Shown here: in pieces, positions 59,833 through 64,000 of the stretch | How positions within the stretch are numbered: the first letter of the stretch is position 1 | Layout of the letters: each line of letters begins with the position of its first letter | Source of the DNA: Malacoraja senta | Lineage: Eukaryota | Assembly (NCBI GenBank): GCA_038087875.1 | Contig: CM075991.1 | Span: forward strand, 868,001-932,000 | Direction: 5' to 3' | Length of the DNA stretch: 64,000 bases | The notes under the pieces: generated by a model | The model's database searches: none | The model's input: the letters and a program-made list of their open reading frames with translations, nothing else | What the model was told of the DNA's origin: nothing | Translations under genes and position numbers: made by a program

Positions 59833-61623
59833 GGGGTAACTTTTTCACACAAATGGTGGCGGGTGTATGGAACAAGCTGCCAGAGGAGGTAGTTGAGGCT
59901 GGGACCATCCCAACGTGTAAGAAACAGTTAGACAGGTGCATGGTTAGGACAGGTTTGGAGGGATATGGACCAAGGGCAGGCAGATGGGACTAGTGTAGCT
60001 GGGTCATGTTGGCCGGTGTGGGCAAGTTGGGCCGAAGGGCCTGTTTCCTGGCTGTATCACTCTATGACTCTCTACGACTCCCAATTGTTAACAGGATCTT
60101 GTCTTAAATCATCAGCTCCATTCTATGGCACTCCCTCAATATAACACTAGAGTTAGTCTTGATATTTTGTAGAAACAAGGAGCAAAAAAAGACACAGAGT
60201 GCTGGAGTAACACAGCGGGTCATGCAACATCTCTGGAGAACATGGATAAGTGACGATTTAGGGTGGGTGGAGGGGAGGACAAAGCCTGGAAAGTGATAGG
60301 TGGATACAGGTGTGGGGGGGTAGGCAAATGGTTGGGCAAAGATCAGAGATGAAAAGACAAAAGGTATGAGATAAGGATAGAAGTGTGAATTGTGAAGCCA
60401 GAGGAAGGAATGTAGATGGAATTGGAGAGGGGGGAGGGAGGAGAAGAAATGGATGTGAGTCCAGGTGGGGCACAAGGAAGAGAGTACAGAGGCACAAAAT
60501 GGGGGCGGGGAGAGAAGAGGGATGGTTTTAGTTGTTTACCTAAAATTGGAAAATTCAATGTTGATGGCTGCTGTTGAGATGAAGGGCCAGATATGCTGTT
60601 TACCTTGGTTCACTACAGGTCTGAGCCCAAAGATGTGTCTGGGGCAGAACGTTGTGCTCACACAGGCATGGACGAGTCCTGTGTGATCTTTCACATCCAT
60701 TGGTTGGAGTGCCCAAACAACTCACCCAGTGACACACTTGAGGACAAAAGTGGATCTACTAGAGACATCGAGCGATAGACTTTAATTTAGACTTTGGTTT
60801 ATTAGTTTAGTTTGGAGATACAGCGCGGAAACAGGCCCTTCTAAAATAAATACACTTCAGGCCGTCAGTCATGCCGTTCATTAACCTGGCGCTGACTTTT
60901 ATTGCTATTAGATGTGCTTAATTGAATCCCTAACCTCTCTTTGTTCAGTCCACTTGCTTCCCACCCCCATGCCACATCGTTTAAATGCTTCCGTAGCACA
61001 AGCAGCCAATGTCAGATGCAAACCCTGTTCTTTTCAAATTAGTCTCAAAATTAATGTTGTCTTTATAGTCGTTCAAATACTGGCGCTGTAATAGCCCTGT
61101 CCCACGGTACGAGTTCATTCCAAGAGCTCTCCCGAGTTAAAAAAAATCAAACCTCGTGGTTAGCACTGAGAATGAACGTAGCGGTATGTCGGAGCTCGGG
61201 GACGTCTCTTAGCGCTAACGGCAGGTACTCGGGAAGACTTGCTAACGGCAGGTAAGCATGGGAAGACTCGTGAAGATTTTTCAACATGATGAAAAATGTC
61301 CACGAGAGCCCCCAGTACCGACGAGTGGCCATTACCGTAAATCTCCGAGTTCGAATCAGGGCAAACTCGGGAGAACTCTTGGAATGAACTCGTACCGTGG
61401 GACAGGGGTTTAAGGCAGCAACTGTACCACTATGCCACTGTACCACCCCTATATAGCATGGAGGCAGGCTCTTCAGCCCATCTTGCCCATGCTGACCATT
61501 GGCATTTGATTTGCATTGTTTTATGATAAGGCAGAATTGCAAGCATTGCTCTTATGTGTGTGGCATTCATTATTCTGCTGAAGGAACACGTGCAATTATA
61601 CAGATGTCACAGAGCGGACTCAC

Positions 61624-61690
61624 CTCCAGAATAGACAACACCATGTTGCAAGGGGCCGGTGTACGCGCCAATCCGAAGCATGCCCGATTC
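61624..61690 (-). CDS. NT5DC4: NT5DC4/NT5C2-like exon
   Basis: ESGMLRIGAYTGPLQHGVVYSG(G); 67 bp, phase 0-1. Confidence 0.92.
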
Positions 61691-61944
61691 CTGTTCATGA
61701 ACAAGACCATAAATAAACACAATGCACTGTCTTGGTCATCACTCAAGAGAGAACAAGTCATTGTTAAAATGTAGTTATGCTGCAGTCTTTGCAATCTCGA
61801 GAGTTAGGATAGAACATTGCTCTCTGCACAGAGGTCTTTGGCTGATCAGACTTCACAACTCAGAGGTACTGCAGACGGCAATGGGAATAATTAGCACAGA
61901 AAGGTGGCGTACTGTGGGAACTGGTAATCCAAATGAGCGAATTA

Positions 61945-62202
<258 letters not shown>

Positions 62203-63281
62203 TCACATTGCTTCAAGTCTTTGTGTGCTCTTGTCCCCATCCTATCTCTGTAGATGGGGATAGGCTGACTATAGAGGGGCGACACAACCTCCTATTAAAT
62301 AATGATGCTGGGCGTATGGCTTCAGCATCAGAGGGAGTACTTTGGCACCAGTGATCATTTGTCTATACGTTTTAGTTATGGAAAGACAGAGGGCTGAGAC
62401 AGGAAGTTGGTTGGGAGAGGTTACTTGGTGGTAAAGGGACAGTTGGAAAGTGGGAGGCTTGTAAAAGTGTGATAGGGAGAATTCAGGGCCAACATGTTCC
62501 TGTTAGAGTAATGGGCAAGGATTGGGCAACCCAGCTGATGAGGGATATTGGGGCTGTAGTCAGGAAAAATGACGAGGCATATGTCAGCTACACGGAGCTG
62601 CAATCAAGCAAATGTAGAAACAAATAACGGTGGAAGAGAGGAGGGGCAGGACTAAGCATGAGAGGTAATAGGTGGAGGTAAAGTTGTTTTCATGGACTTT
62701 AGTAAGGGTTTTGACAAAGTCCAACACGGTGGGCTTCACAATGAACTACGTGCAGCAAAGGATAGACAGTATGTTCTGGACATTACACATCTTGTTTATC
62801 ATCAAACAATGATCAGCCAAATATAACAAAGTATATAAGGTGTAGGAAAGAACTGCAGATGCTAGTTTAAACCGAAGATAGACACAAAGTGCTGAATTAT
62901 CTCAGCGGGACAGGCAGCATCTCTGGAGAGAAGGAACCTGAAGGTCTGAAGAAGGATCTCGGCCCAAAAAGTCACCCATTCCTTCTCTCCAGAGATGCTG
63001 CCTGTCCCGCTGAGTTACTCCAGCATTTTGTGTTTATCTTCCGCATACATAAGTGAAAGGGAAGATAAGGTCTATCTAAGGGGTTGCTGATACTGATTCA
63101 ATGGTGAATCATTGCTTGGTTGCTATAATTGAGGTTGATTTGCTGTATTCTTTCATGCTCTAGCACACCAATCCTTCTCATTCAAACAGCTTGAATGTGA
63201 TTGCACTTCTGCACTGAATGTGACAAAAACTAAAGTGATGAAGTATACTGTGGTATATAGCCCGAGGAGATGGATACATTA

Positions 63282-63617
63282 GACAATAGACAATAGGTGC
63301 AGGAGTAGGCCATTCAGCCCTTTGAGCCAGCACTGCCATTCACTGTGATCATGGCTGATCATCCACAATCAGTACCTCGTTCCTGCCTTCTCCCCGTATC
63401 CCTTGACTCAGCTATCTTTAAGAGCTCTATCTAACTCTCTTCTTGAAGCATCTACAGAATTGGCCTCCACTGCCTCGTGAGGCAGAGAATTGCACAGATC
63501 ACAACTCTCTGGGTGAAAAAGTTTTTCCTCATCTCCGTTCTAAATGGCCAACCCCTTATTCTTAATCTGTGGCCCCTGGTTCTGGACTCACCCAACATCA
63601 GGAACATGTTTCCTGCC
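63282..63617 (-). mobile_element. CR1 3' tail
   Basis: (tctattg)n tail and standard CR1 3' sequence. Confidence 0.85.
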
Positions 63618-63619
63618 CT

Positions 63620-64000
63620 CAAATCTGCTTAACCTTATCTGCTGCCTCGAGGATATAAAGTGTTGGATGGCCCAGACTTCCTCCACTAAACGAGAGTAAG
63701 TCTGAGGTCATCCTTCTCGGCCCCTCGGACTCAATCAAAATGACAGCAGGCAAGCCTTGGAAGCCTTAACCCCACTACTCAAACCTCACGTCAAAAACCA
63801 TGGCGTGATATTTGACTCAGCATTGAAATTTGACAAACAAGTCAATGCCGTGGTAAAAGCTAGCTTCTTTCAAGCTTCGGACGATAGTTAAAATAAAAAA
63901 ATTCTCCAGTTTGATGACCTCGAAAAGATCATCCACACATTTATCTCCTCCCGCCTAGATTACTGCAACTCCCTCTACACTGGCATCAGCCAATCTTCCC
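63620..64000 (+). mobile_element. L2 LINE fragment (truncated by window edge)
   Basis: CCLEDIKCWM...GVIFDSALKFDKQVNAVVKASFF...IHTFISSRLDYCNSLYTG, typical of L2 ORF2. Confidence 0.8.

Overview
Eukaryotic, repeat-dense vertebrate DNA. The repeat content (HE1/V-type tRNA SINEs, CR1 LINEs with SGNH-esterase ORF1, Penelope-derived tails) points to a cartilaginous fish, probably a skate or ray; this is an inference. Three spliced genes can be built by hand from GT-AG junctions and intron phase. (1) On + at 536-6772 is an unnamed ~338-aa type II membrane coiled-coil protein with a tetherin/BST2-like layout. Its ectodomain has been lengthened by a 21-bp heptad minisatellite and by tandem triplication of a two-exon module, and the exon copies show an excess of amino-acid changes. 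(2) TMED4 lies on - with exons 3-5 visible; exon 3 carries a 1-bp frameshift and exons 1-2 probably fall in the 200-N gap. (3) The last eight coding exons of an NT5DC4/NT5C2-like cytosolic 5'-nucleotidase lie on -. The rest is transposons: a near-full-length CR1, L1-clade, Vingi plus a short (GAA)n-tailed SINE, Penelope, L2, Rex1-like, a degenerate DIRS-like element, Tc1, Harbinger-type MITEs and a solo LTR. The tetherin-like gene is the best candidate for an undescribed system.
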